NCBI GenBank assembly: GCA_052327205.1
Contig: CM126203.1
Coordinates: 146,196,001-146,260,000 of the forward strand
Direction of reading: 5' to 3'
Source: Somniosus microcephalus
Taxonomy: Eukaryota
DNA: 64,000 nt
The position numbers and the translations under genes are program-made. Positions 1 through 11,708 of this stretch are shown piece after piece. The stretch's first letter is position 1. Every line of letters begins with the position of its first letter. The notes under the pieces were generated by a model that was not told the origin of the DNA, did not search any database, and saw nothing but the letters and a program-made list of their open reading frames with translations.

Positions 1-618
1 AGATGAGGAGAAACTTCTTCACTCAGAGGGTGGTAGGTTTGTGGAATTTGCTGCCCCAGAAAGCTGTGGAAGCTACATCATTAAATAAATTTAAAACAGA
101 AATAGATAGTTTCCTAGAGGTAAAGGGAATTAAGGGTTACGGGGAGTGGGCAGGAAATTGGACATGAGTCTAGGTTCGGAATGGTCATGGCCCTGTGGGT
201 AGTGGAGTGCGCCCAGGGGCCGTGTTGCCTGGTTCTGCTCCTACTGTGTTCTAATTCTGTGTTAGATTTCAGGAGATGGTTTTATTCCTGTTCCTGGCTG
301 GGGTGGAGATCGCCTTTACAGAAGGTAAGTACTGTAGAAAATATAGGGACAGCGTGATCTCCTAGAAGAATTTCGATCGCCTAGATGGGTCGGAGAGGAA
401 TTTCCCAGATTTTTTTCTCCCAAATTGGCCATTGGGTCTTTTATCTGGTTTTTCGCCTCTCCCGGGAGATCACATGGGTTCGGGTGGATGCAGAGTGATA
501 GAAGATTTGAGGTTAGGATCAGATCAGCCATGATCTTATTGAATGGTGGAGCAGGCTCGAGGGGCCGATTGGCCTACTCCTGCTCCTATTTCTTATGTTC
601 TTATGTTCTTATGTTCTT
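1..618 (+). mobile_element. CR1-clade LINE 3' end (end of ORF2 plus long 3' UTR with duplicated tail)
   Basis: 1-167 encodes the CR1 ORF2 C-terminus (MRRNFFTQRVVGLWNLLPQKAVEA...WT*), nearly identical to the end of ORF 34787..35698. It ends in the CR1 tail GGCCGATTGGCCTACTCCTGCTCCTAT followed by (TTCTTATG)n. Confidence 0.9.
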
Positions 619-619
619 T

Positions 620-1672
620 TGAGTTGCTAGATCTGTTCTGATTCTATCCCATTTAGCATGGTGGTAGTGCTACACAACACGTTGGAGGGTGTCCTCAGTG
701 TGAAGACAGGGCTTCATCTCCACAAGGACTATGTTGGTCACACGGCAGGTAGATTGGTGAGGATGAGGCCAAGTAGGTTTTTCCCTTGTGTTGGTTCTCT
801 CACCACCTGCCACAGTCCCAGTCTGGCTGCTATGTCCTTCAGGACTCGGCCAGCTCGGTGAGTAGTGGTGCAACCAAGACACTCTTGGTGATGGACATTG
901 AAATTCTGTGCCCTTGCTACCCTCAGTGCTTCTTCCAAGTGGTGTCCAACATGGAGGAGTACTGATTCATCAGCTGAGGGAAGGCGGTAGGTGGTAATTT
1001 GCCCATGTTTGACCTGATGCCATGGGATCTGGAGTCAATGTTGAGGACTCCCAGGGCCACACCCACCTGACTGTATAGCATGGTGCCGCCAGCTCTGGTG
1101 GGTCTGTCCTCCCGATGGGACAGGACATATCTAGGGATGGTGATTGAGGAGTGTGGGATGTTGGCTGAAAGGTATGATTCTGAGTATGACTATGTCAGGC
1201 TGTTGCTTGACACGTCTGTGGGACAGCTCTCCCAGTCCCTAGATGTTAGTGAGGAGGACTTTGCAGGGTTGACTGGGCTGGGTGTGCCTTTGTCGTGTCT
1301 AGGTCAATGCCGGGTGGTCCGTCCAACTTTATTCTTATTATTGTTTTTCATAACAGTTTGATACAAGTGAGTGGCTTGCTAGGCCATTTCAGAGTCAACC
1401 AGATTGGTGTGGGTCTGGAGTCGCATATAGGTCACAGAGGTAATGACGGCAGATTTCCTTCCCTAAAAAGTGCATTAGTGAACCAGATGTGTTTTTACGA
1501 CAATCCGGTAGGTTAATGGTCACTATTACTGATACTAGTTTTTTTTCCAGATTTATTTAATTAACTGAATTTAAATTCCCCAACTGCTCTGGTGGGATTT
1601 GAACTCAAGTCTCCGGATCATTTGTCCAGGCCTCTGGATTACTAGTCTAGTAACATAAGCACTATGCTACCG
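620..1672 (-). mobile_element. LINE 5' fragment: tRNA-derived head, ~350-bp UTR and decayed AP-endonuclease ORF
   Basis: Minus strand shows A-box TAGCATAGTGC and B-box GTTCAAATCC, then frameshifted EEP-endonuclease motifs (KVLLTNI, QQPDIVIL, FNVHHQE, VREPTQGKNLLGLILTN). It is cut at ~620 by the CR1 insertion. Confidence 0.7.
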
Positions 1673-3159
1673 TACTGTAAAAGCAAGATCAACTTTTTAA
1701 CAACTGCTTTTGGGAAAATACACCATCATTTCCTTTCACTTTAGTTTTACGACAATATCAAAAACCATTATTTTCATTATTTTTTGTAGTTTCTTATTTT
1801 TCAGCCATATGTTTTTCTCATCGATAATAAAATGTTTCTGTGGCTGTAGATCAGTGATTGCAGTCTGTTAAAGAAGTGCTTGTGTGGCATGCCACGTAAT
1901 GTTACTGGAAATTAATTTTACTTATTCTGATTCTAACATTAAGGTAGCAAAATGAGAATTTTGAATAATCAACAGCAGACCTGCAAGAGTAAATGCTATA
2001 CCTGGAGTCAACAAATTTGCTAAAGAAACTTAAAAATTAATTTTCATTTGCTCATAACTGTCATCAACAGTATAGGGAATGCCTTTATATTGTGGTTCAG
2101 CAATGTTTTAAAGGAATAGTTAGTAAACTAAATGCTAAATAATTATAGTAATTTTGTCCTCACTTCAGAATAATGAGAAATTTTCTGGCTATCAGCCTTT
2201 CAATATATAAGACTAAGCCTTGGACAGATCTTAATTGAACCCCCATTCCAAATAACCAGAGCCTCTGTATCATCCTTGTGATTGATGCTCTCAATTTTAT
2301 AGGCTTGCAGGTGTATGTTAAACCACCGTCAAAGAGCCAGTACAAAAACGCCTGGGAGCTCTTTGATCATGATAAAAGAGCATTTATATGATATTTGAAT
2401 TCTCATTTAGTTATTAAAGGAGTAATTAATTAATTGTGTTTCAATGCATGACTTACTGACTAGGAATTTGAGGTACACTGTCCAGTGCTGTTTAACATGA
2501 CATGTCAGTAGGCTTGAGGTTAATGACTTAACCCTCTCCAGCTTGGAGTGACCAAAATGTTGCCATCTCACCATTTCTGCCAAAGACCTTTCAACAGTAA
2601 CAGATTTTTCTAATTTTTATATCTAATTGTACAGGAATTTGAACTTAACAGGGAGAATAACAGATGGTTGAAACTCTGCTACATTTAGAATAAGCGATGA
2701 CTAATAGTGTGTTACAAGGCTTTACACCCTTGGGTTTGGATGACATTCTAAACTGTGAAAAATTGTTAGCTCGAGCTGTTTATAGTTTTCTGAACTTAGA
2801 GTCCATTAAAGCCTTGTAATACACTTTCACTCATTGCTTTTAGTTTTTATTTTATATATAGATATACTTTTGCTAAATTTTCTTGTTGTGCCAGAACTTT
2901 CCTGTTTGAGTTTAATCAGTATAATTCATATTTCCACTATAGCCATCAAGCTTTATCATGCTGTTCTGTTTCACATGACTGATAGAGTTAGAATTATGTC
3001 AACTGAGAGGAAGAGAAGGTTTCAGCAAAAATAAATATTCTCAGTTTTAAATGTTTAATGTACCTGTGTATATATGTATGTTAAGATCCATAATATTGGG
3101 TCTAATAAGTGATGTTTCTCCATAATATTGGGTCTAATAAAATGTAATATCACTATTAA

Positions 3160-3760
3160 CATCTGCTGCTGAAACCCTCATCCATGCCTTTGTTACCTCT
3201 AGACTTGACTATTCCAATGTACTCCTGGCCGGCCTCCCATCTTCCACCCTACATAAACTTGAACTCATCCAAAGCTCTGCTGACCGTATCCTAACTCGCA
3301 CCAAATCCCGTTCAGTGTTCAGCCATCACCCCTCTGCTCGCTGACCTACATTGGCTCCCGGTCCGGCAACGATTTTGAAATTCTTGTTTTGAAATCCCTC
3401 CATGGCCTCCTCGCCTCTCCCTATCTCCATAACCTCCTCCAGTCCTACAACCCACCGAGATCCCTGCACTCCTCTGTTTCTGGCTTCTTGCGTGTCCCCG
3501 ATTTTCATCGCACCATCATTGACGGCCATGTCTTCAGCTGCCTAGGCCCTAAGCTCTGCAATTCCCTCCCTAAACCTCTCCACCTCTCTACCTCTCTCTC
3601 CTCCTTTAAGATGCTTCTTAAAACCTACCTCTTTGACCAAGCCTGCCCTAATATCTCCTTATGTGGCTTGATGTCAAATTTTGTTTGATAACGCTCCAGT
3701 GAAGCGCCTTGGGACGTTTTACTATGTTAAAGGTGCTATATAAATGCAAGTTGTTGTTGA
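3160..3760 (+). mobile_element. L2-clade LINE 3' fragment
   Basis: AAETLIHAFVTSRLDYSN...LHWLP...SSFKMLLKTYLF motifs; tail GCTATATAAATGCAAGTTGTTGTTG; similar copy at 59199-60760. Confidence 0.85.
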
Positions 3761-3789
3761 TGTTGTTAGGGTTGCCTATTTGCTTAGTT

Positions 3790-4150
3790 GTTAACTGCAT
3801 CTTGTGGCGTGATACTGAACCATACAGACCAGGATGGTACTAGTTTGTTCCAGATCTGTGTTGAGTTAGCTGATCTTAGCTGGGCTTTGGTGATGGTGTT
3901 GCTGATGGGGAGAGAAGCGTGCCTGCTGCAATTTGCTTTAGTGTTTCTTAGATAGGGAGGACAAAATAATTGCCATGGGCTCTGTTTTGGTTGCTGTCTA
4001 ATGATACCTGCCATAAAATGCACTAGTGTGAACTTTGGCTGAGTACAGGAGTTGGCCCAGCTGTGAAGCTGGTCAAATAGCCTGCCAACACTCATTTTAC
4101 AGTTTCACACTTCAAGCATGGCACGAGTCAGCAACTTTGTAAGAAGACAG
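3790..4150 (+). mobile_element. old SINE-like fragment (LF-SINE-like)
   Basis: TCTGTGTTGAGTTAGCTGATCTTAGCTGGG resembles an old tRNA-derived SINE body, recalled from memory; degenerate. Confidence 0.3.
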
Positions 4151-4972
4151 GGACAAGAAAGTTCCTCCCATTCCACCTGGTGCACTGCCTGGCCTGACCT
4201 GAACCTACCTGTATTTACAAAGGGCTAACCCCCCCCAGTCACAAGCCCACCCCTTGGTAAGGCCCGTGCCTGAAAATGAGAGTGGAAATCCAACCACTGC
4301 TGCAGGCCTCGCAGCAGTAATGGCTTCCAGCTATGTGGCCACCTTCTAGCTGCTGTCCAAAAATAACCACCAAAATGCTTTCCAGCCTGAACATCCAAGA
4401 GAGACCTGTTATTTTTTAAAAGGTTTCTTATCCTTTTGGGTACTTCATAGTCTTGTTGCCTGCCTCTCTCAGTTACTCTGAAGCTCTGCGCCTCTCTACC
4501 TCTGAATGGATCTGAAAGTGGCTAAGTGACAGGAAACAGAGAGTAGTAGTGAACGGTTGTTTTCTGGACTGGAGGACGGTATAGTAGTGTTCCCCAGGGG
4601 CCGGTACTAGGACCACTGCTTTTCTTGATATAAATGACTTGGACTTGGGTGTACAGGGCACAATTTCAAAATTTACAGATGACACAAAACTTGGAAGTAT
4701 AGTGAACAGTGAGGAGGATAGCGATAGACTTCAACAGGGCATAGACAGGCTGCTAAAATGGGCAGACATGTGGCAGAGGAAATTTAACGCAGAAAAGTGC
4801 GAAGTGATACATTTTGGTAGGAAGAACGAGGAGAGACAATCCTAAAGGGTACAATCCTAAAGGGGGTGCATGAATGGGGGTATATGCGCACAAATCGTTG
4901 AAGGTGGCAGGGCAGGTTGAGAAAGCGGTTAAAAAAGCATACGGGATCCTGGGCTTCATAAATAGAGGCAAA

Positions 4973-5815
4973 GGGCTGGATTTTCATTGGGCCGTGGAGT
5001 CGGGATTGGAGGTGTGTGGGGCTTTAAAATCCCGAAATCGGGGGTCCCGACCCCATCCCGCCCCCAACCCACCTCCATGCCAGTTTCAAAGGAGGCGAGT
5101 GCTCGCCCCGCACTGGGACCCGCCTCCCCGAGGCGGGAAGGGGATTAATGCCAATTAACTGCCTGTTAACAGGTAGTTAACAGACAGTTTTTAGCCTAAT
5201 CCCTATTTTAATTGTTGAAATGTGGGATTCCCGACGGTTCCAAACCACGCCAAGTTAGCGAGGCGGGCCGTCGGGGTGAAGGGCTTGGAGGGTTCGAGAT
5301 GTCCGGTGTTCAGGTGAGTGATGGGTGCATGAGTGCAGAGGTAAGTGTGTTTGGTCTGTGTAAAGTGTTAAAAGAAGTTCTACTAACCTTTACTTACCTT
5401 TACAGCCTTCCTTCCTTCAGGTCTCGGGAGTCCCTCATCTCACCAGCACAGAAAGCAGAATGGCCGCGATCTGTCAAAATCTGCAGCCTCTGCTTTCTGT
5501 TCCAGGGAGATCACTAAATCATCCTGAGAGGAAAGAATTAACCTGGAGTACAGATTGTCAGTGTTTGACAGCTTCAAACAGCTGTGAAACGTTGATATTT
5601 CATCTGTCAAAAGGTCTTGACAGATGAAATTTCAACCTGTGACATCACCTGTTGCCGGGTGGCCCTTAATTGGCCTGCTGAACCCGCTGGGCGGGCTCAA
5701 CAAGGTCAATCAAGTCTAAATCACGTGGGTTGGCTAGAACTCGATGGAGGCAGGACTACAACCCCAAAAGTTGCAGTCCCGCCTCCTACCCGCCTCCTCA
5801 ATGAAAATCCAGCCC
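4973..5815. mobile_element. PIF/Harbinger-type MITE
   Basis: Perfect 17-bp TIR GGGCTGGATTTTCATTG (4973-4989 / 5799-5815); 3-bp flanks AAA/ATA; interrupts the CR1 precisely. Confidence 0.85.
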
Positions 5816-6283
5816 ATAGAGTACAAAAGCAAGGAAGTTATGATGGACCTTTATAAAACACTGTTTCGACCTAAATTGGAGTACTGTGTCCAATTCTGGG
5901 CACTGCACTTTAGGGAGGATGTGTAGGCCTTACAGAAAGTGCAGAAAAGATTTTTAGAGAATGATTCCAGGGATGAGGGACTTCAGTTACGTGAATAAAC
6001 TGGAGAAGCTGGGGTTGTTCCCCTTAGAGCAGAGAAGTTTGAGAGGAGATTTGATAGAGGTGTTCAAAATCATGAGGGGTCTAGACAGTAGATAGAGAGA
6101 AACTGTTCTCATTGGCAGAAGGGTCGAGAACCAGAGGACATAGATTTAAGGTGTTTGGCAAAAGAACCAAAGGCGACATGAGGAAAAACTTTTTTCACAG
6201 CGAGTGCTTAGGATCTGGAATGCACTGCCTGAAAGTGTGGTGGAGGCAGACTCAATTGGGGCTTTCAAAAGGGAATTGGATAA

Positions 6284-6495
6284 TGTAGTGTATGTACCTT
6301 TAAGAGAGAACTACTTTTACAGCTCCTGTATACTGTAGTACCGGCAGTGACCACACCTGTATATAAGCCTTGAGCATGCCTCTGTACTGTCAGTCTTGAG
6401 ACTACCCTACTCCAGTAAACACCTGTTGATTGTTAAGTTACAGCCTCCGTGTAGTTATTCGAAAACATCATACTTTAAGAATCACGGATTAAACA
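6284..6495 (+). repeat. 5' LTR of Gypsy A
   Basis: Direct repeat of 11709-11920; TG..CA; followed by PBS. Confidence 0.95.
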
Positions 6496-6978
6496 GTGGC
6501 GACGAGGTCGATTCGAATCTGCCTGCAACTCTGCATTTCCCTTCAAGGATTCGCTCCGGGAGGGCTGTGGAAGAAAGTCGAGGCCAGAAGCACGGGCGTC
6601 AACCACGAGCAACCGCCCAGTCATCCGGCAGAGAGTGAACATTGCAGGGGAAGCTGTTGAGAGCCGGGCTTGGTTCCCCAGCCACGACGATCCAGCAACA
6701 GACTGGCAACAGGTACAGTGCAGACCCTTCCCGGACAGCGGCGGCTGGAGCCGACCGACGGCATAGAAAAAGCCGAGCAGCGTCGACGGGGTAAGAGAGA
6801 GGGTGAAGCGCACAGGGCATGGCAGGGGGTTGAAAACAGAGCGGCGTCGAGGAAAAACAAACAGAGAGAGAGAGAGGGTAAAGCAGCAGCCGGGTTCAGG
6901 ACTGAGTGACGGCAACGGGAAAGGCGCACAGGAGAATGCGCAGAGCACAACCAGGGCTCAAGGGCTGAACCGCGTCCA

Positions 6979-7160
6979 CGGGGAGAAGAAGGGAGAGCGC
7001 GGGAGACGCCATTGAGCCGCGGAGAAGAAGGGAGAGTGCGGGAGACGCCATTTTTAGAAGCAGCAGCGGAGAAGAAGGGCGAGCACGGGAAGAAAGGAAA
7101 GCACGGGAGACGCCATTTTGTGCCAGCGGAGAAGAAGGGAGAGCGCGGGAGATGCCATTT
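6979..7160 (+). repeat. ~35-45-bp imperfect tandem repeat in the Gypsy A leader
   Basis: GGAGAAGAAGGGAGAGCGCGGGAGACGCCATT repeated about 4 times. Confidence 0.75.
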
Positions 7161-9425
7161 TAGACAGTTAAATCACACCCAGGGATGCCGAAGAGTGACA
7201 GTATCACTACGTTCGACAATGAAGTCGAAGATTGGGCGACATATGTGGAACGCATTGAGGTGTACTGCAGGGCGAATGAAGTGCCAGATGCTAGGAAAGC
7301 AATGGTTTTGTTAAATTCCATGGGTGCAAAAACTTATGGCTTACTGCGAAACCTAATAACCCCAGAGAAGCCCGTGGATAAGAATTTCGAAAGCATAGTA
7401 GAAATCCTACAGGACCACTTAAACCCCACACCGCTGCTGATAGCAGAAAGATTTAAGTTCCACAAAAGGAACCAGCATAAAGACAAAAGTAATGCTGAGT
7501 ACTTAACGGAACTGCGCAAGCTATCGAAACACTGCCAGTTTGGAGTGGGACTAGCAGATATGTTAAGGGACAAGTTTGTGTGTGGGCTTCAAAGTGAAGA
7601 AACCCAGAAACGGCTTCTATCAGAAAAGGATCTTACGCTGGACAAGGCATTCAGCATGGCAGTATCACATGAAGCAGCCGCACGGGGCGCGGCAGAGATA
7701 CAACGGAGACCGCAAGAATATGGCACCAATGAAATGTCATATGGAGCAGGGAAGTGTTATCGCTGCGGCAGAACAACACACGACCAGAAGGATTGTTGGT
7801 TCAAGGACCAAGTGTGCAGACAGTGTGGAAAAGCAGGACACATAGCAAGAGTCTGCAGGTCAGGGAAGAAAACCAGCAGCAAGAAATCTCCACAGGAGAA
7901 GTACAAAAAGGTACATAAGATGATGGACAGTAGTTCAGACGAACAGAAAAATGATACAGACTCCGGAAGCAAGGAGCTGGGTTGTCTGAAACTACATAAG
8001 GTAATCAAAATGGAGGATCACCAGACTATCTGGGTCTCACTCAAGATCGACGGAGTCCAAGTGAAAATGGAATTGGACACTGGATCAGCCCTAACAGTCA
8101 TAAACCAAAGGGACTACAAGCGGCTATTTTCACATATACCCTTGAAAGCTACAGAGATTGTCTTGAAGATGTACACGGGGCAAAAAGTCTACCCCAAAGG
8201 AAAAATAAGGGTGAAAGTGATATACAAAGGCCAGGAAATACCTAAAATGGACCTATATGTATTGCCAGATGGAGGACCACCACTACTAGGACGTGAATGG
8301 ATCCGGAAGATACAATTAGATTGGCATTCCATACAGGCACTGAAGGTTGAGGCCAAAAAGGATGACGACGTCACACCTGGATGACTGTCAAAAATGCTAA
8401 CTGACGCACAAGAAGTGTTCCAGGATGGACTCGGAACACTAAAAGGCATAACAGCAGTGATTAAAATGGAGGAAAATGCAAGCCCAAAGTTTTTTAAGGC
8501 CAGACCGGTGCCTTATGCGATCCGACCAGCCGTCGAAGCAGAGCTGGAAGGGTTGGAACATTCAGGAGTACTGTCCAAAGTAGACTGGAGCGAGTGGGCT
8601 ACACCCATCGTTCCTGTAATGAAAAGGTCGTTGAGTAATACGCCTGGGGAACCAAAGAAGGTCCGCATCTGTGGGGATTTTAAGGTGACAGTGAACCCAG
8701 TCCTTCACATGGTACAATATCCGCTTCCACGGATTGAGGATATTTTCGCCTCGCTATCTGGAGGTAAATGCTTCACCAAAATTGATCTGGCCCAGGTGTA
8801 CTTGCAAATGGAGGTAGAAGAAGCCTCGAAACAATACCTCACGATCAACACTCATAAAGGTCTCTACCAATACAACCGGCTGATGTTCGGGGTAACACCG
8901 GCTCCGGCTATTTGGCAAACGGCAATGGATCAAGTCCTGCAAGGGATTCCAGGGACCCAGTGTTATTTGGACGACATCCTGGTCACGGGCGAAAATGACA
9001 GTGATCACCTCGCCAACCTGGAGAAGGTGCTCACTAGATTAAAGGAATATGGGCTACGAGCTAATCGCCACAAGTGCGAGTTTTTCCAGAAGCAGATCTC
9101 GTATTGTGGCCACGTTATTGATGAAGAGGGGTTACATAAGTCCCCTGAAACGATTGAGGCAGTAGTCAAGGCTCCAGCAACGGAAAATGTGTCACAACTG
9201 AGGTCGTTCCTCGGGCTGGTGAACTACTACCATAAGTTCTTACCAAATCTGTCTACAGTATTACACCCACTGAACACCCTACTGCAAACGGGGGTACCAT
9301 GGAAGTGGAATGACGAACGTAAACGAGCTTTCCAGAAGTGCAAAGAATTGATCACATCAAAAGAGGTGTTGGCCCATTTCAACCCAGCACTACCAATTCG
9401 GTTGGCATGTGATGCATCACCCTAT

Positions 9426-9921
9426 CAATTTCAATTTCAATTTCAATTTTATTAGTCACATAACTAAATACAAGAAGCACGGTGGCATAGTGGTTAGCAC
9501 TGTTGCCTCACAGCGCCAGGGACCCGGGTTCGAATCCGGCCTCGGGTGACTGTCTGTGTGGAGTTTGCACATTCTCCCCGTGTTTGCGTGGGTTTCCTCC
9601 GGGTGCTCCGGTTTCCTCCCACAGTCCAAAGATGTGCGGGTTAGGTTGATTGGCTATGATAAATTGACCCTTAGTGTTAGTGGGGTTACGGGGATAGGGG
9701 TGGGATATGTGTTGATGTAGGGGTTAAGGGGATCGGGTGGGATATGTGTCGGTGCAGGCTCGATGGGCCGAAATGGCCTCTATCTGCACTGTGGGGTTTC
9801 TGTGATTTCTGTGATTTCTGTGAAGTGTAATCTAGTCAGTGAAATGCTTTTTTCTTGACGAGCCGAGAGCACCAAGCAGCAAGAACACTTAGCTGCCTGG
9901 TACGCATGAAGCTCGCAAGGA
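9426..9921 (-). mobile_element. short non-LTR 3'-end insertion in the RNase H of Gypsy A
   Basis: Flanked by duplicated CTAT. Begins (CAATTT)n + TTTATT, i.e. minus-strand AATAAA and a (AAATTG)n tail. Contains a nested SINE. Confidence 0.65.
9477..9823 (+). mobile_element. HE1-like V-SINE (tRNA-derived)
   Basis: A-box TGGCATAGTGG, B-box GGTTCGAATCC, V-domain GTGGGTTTCCTCCGGGTGCTCCGGTTTCCTCCCACA, CR1-like tail GGGCCGAAATGGCC + (GATTTCTGT)n. Confidence 0.9.
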
Positions 9922-11708
9922 CTATGGTATTGGAGCGGTGCTGTCGCACAAATTCCCTGACGGGTTGGAGAGGCCAGTAGCCTTTGCGTCTCGGTCACTA
10001 ACCTCAGCCGAGCGCAACTACGCCCAGATCGACAGGGAGGCCCTCAGCCTAGTATGGGGAGTAAAAATATTCAACATGGGCAGAAGTTCACCTTGCTGAC
10101 TGACCACCAACTACTTGTCTCCATCTTTAATCCAAAGAAGGGCGTTCCGGTGATGACTGCACAACGGTTACAAAGATGGTCCCTTTTTCTAGGGGCGAAC
10201 CAATATGAAATAGAATATAAAGGCACGAAACAGCATGGAAACTCTGATGGACTATCACGCTTGCCACTGCCTACTGTGGAGGAAGCACCAGCAGTGGACC
10301 CTATCGAGATATTTTATTCGTCAATAATTGAACGATTGCCAGTAACTAACGCAGATATAGAGAAGGAGACCCGAAATGACCCGACACTGTCTCGGGTATA
10401 TGATTTGATGGTGAGGGGATGGCCAACACATGGTGACTCACTGTTGCCAGCATTCTGATCCAGAAGAGAACAGCTGTCAGTATGCCAGGGGACAGTGATG
10501 TGTGGATCCCGAGTGGTAATTCCACCCAAGTTAAGGGAGAGAGTGCTCAATGAGCTTCACGAAGGTCATCTGGGAGGGGTGAAAATGAAAAGCCTTGCCA
10601 GGGCTTATGTGTAGTGGCTGGGGATTGATCAACAAATCGAGGACCTAACCAAGAGCTGCTCAGGATGCCAGAAGGTCCAAAATGCACCACCACATGCCCC
10701 TCTACACCCATGGGAGTGGCCCTCCTCTCCATGGCAACGGGTGCATATTGATTTTGCTGGTCCATTCATGGACTCAATGTTCTTAATAGCAGTGGATGCG
10801 CACTTGAAATGGCCTGAGGTGATAAAAATGTCCTCAACCACTACAGAGAAAACGATTGCAGTCCTACAGACCATATTTGCCAGGAACAGCTTGCCAGAGC
10901 AGATTTGCTCTGATAATGGACCACAGTTTGTGTCCGAAGAGTTTCGGAAATTTATGAGAAGGAATGGGGTAAGGCATTACACATCCGCCCCGTATCATCC
11001 AGCCACAAATGGATTGGCTGAGAGGTTCGTACAAACCTTTAAAAAGGCGATTAAGGCTATGTGCAATGATGAAATTCCACTACAGCATAAGGTGGACAAT
11101 TTCCTGTTAGCCTACAGAAATGCGACACATGTAGTTACCAACCAGACCCCGGCCATGATGTTCTTTAACCGAAGGTTGAGATCTCGTCTGGATTTGCTCA
11201 GACCAAATGTGCGAAGAAATGTTGAGGATAAACAATTCCAGCACATCAATGAGAAGCCGACAAGGAGCTTCAATGTAGGACAACCAGTCTTGGCCTGTGG
11301 CTACCGAACAGAGAAATGGCAACCTGGAACGATATGCACACGGCAGGGGCCATTAATGTACACAGTGGATGTCGGGGAGAACATTGTGAGATGCCACGTC
11401 GACCAGATCTTAGCGTCACAGGAACGAGTCAACCCCATGTCTCGCGTACCTGGGGATGAACCCGACATACCGGTAGCATCTACCTCAGAAACAGTAGCAG
11501 TGGAAACTGATGAACTAATCGACGAAAGGGGGCCAGAATCGCCTCCGCACCAAGAACAAGAACCTCAGGAAAGGCGCTATCCAGAAAGGATCAGGAAGCC
11601 GCCCCAAAGACTGAATCTATAAATGGACTATTTCTGTTTAATGTGCATGTTAAAGTGTTAATTGTTATTTGAATATTATGGGTACTGTTAATCTAAAAGG
11701 GGAGGAAT

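Larger units (their letters stand above)
7185..11622 (+). pseudogene. gag-pol of Gypsy A (disrupted)
   Basis: Two CCHC knuckles, protease LDTGS, RT YLDD, RNase H CDASP, integrase HIDFAG...SDNGPQF...ERF. Stops at 8382, 10456 and 10612, plus an insertion at 9426-9921. Confidence 0.93.

Noticed and set aside
3087-3140. 22-bp direct repeat TCCATAATATTGGGTCTAATAA
   Set aside because: Only two copies 10 bp apart; a simple local duplication
8382-8384. Programmed gag-pol readthrough stop
   Set aside because: Sister element B has CGA at this codon, so this is CpG decay, and it lies after the protease
9481-9545. tRNA gene
   Set aside because: The A/B boxes continue into a V-domain and a LINE-like tail, so this is a SINE head; the head at 1590-1672 is likewise part of a retroelement
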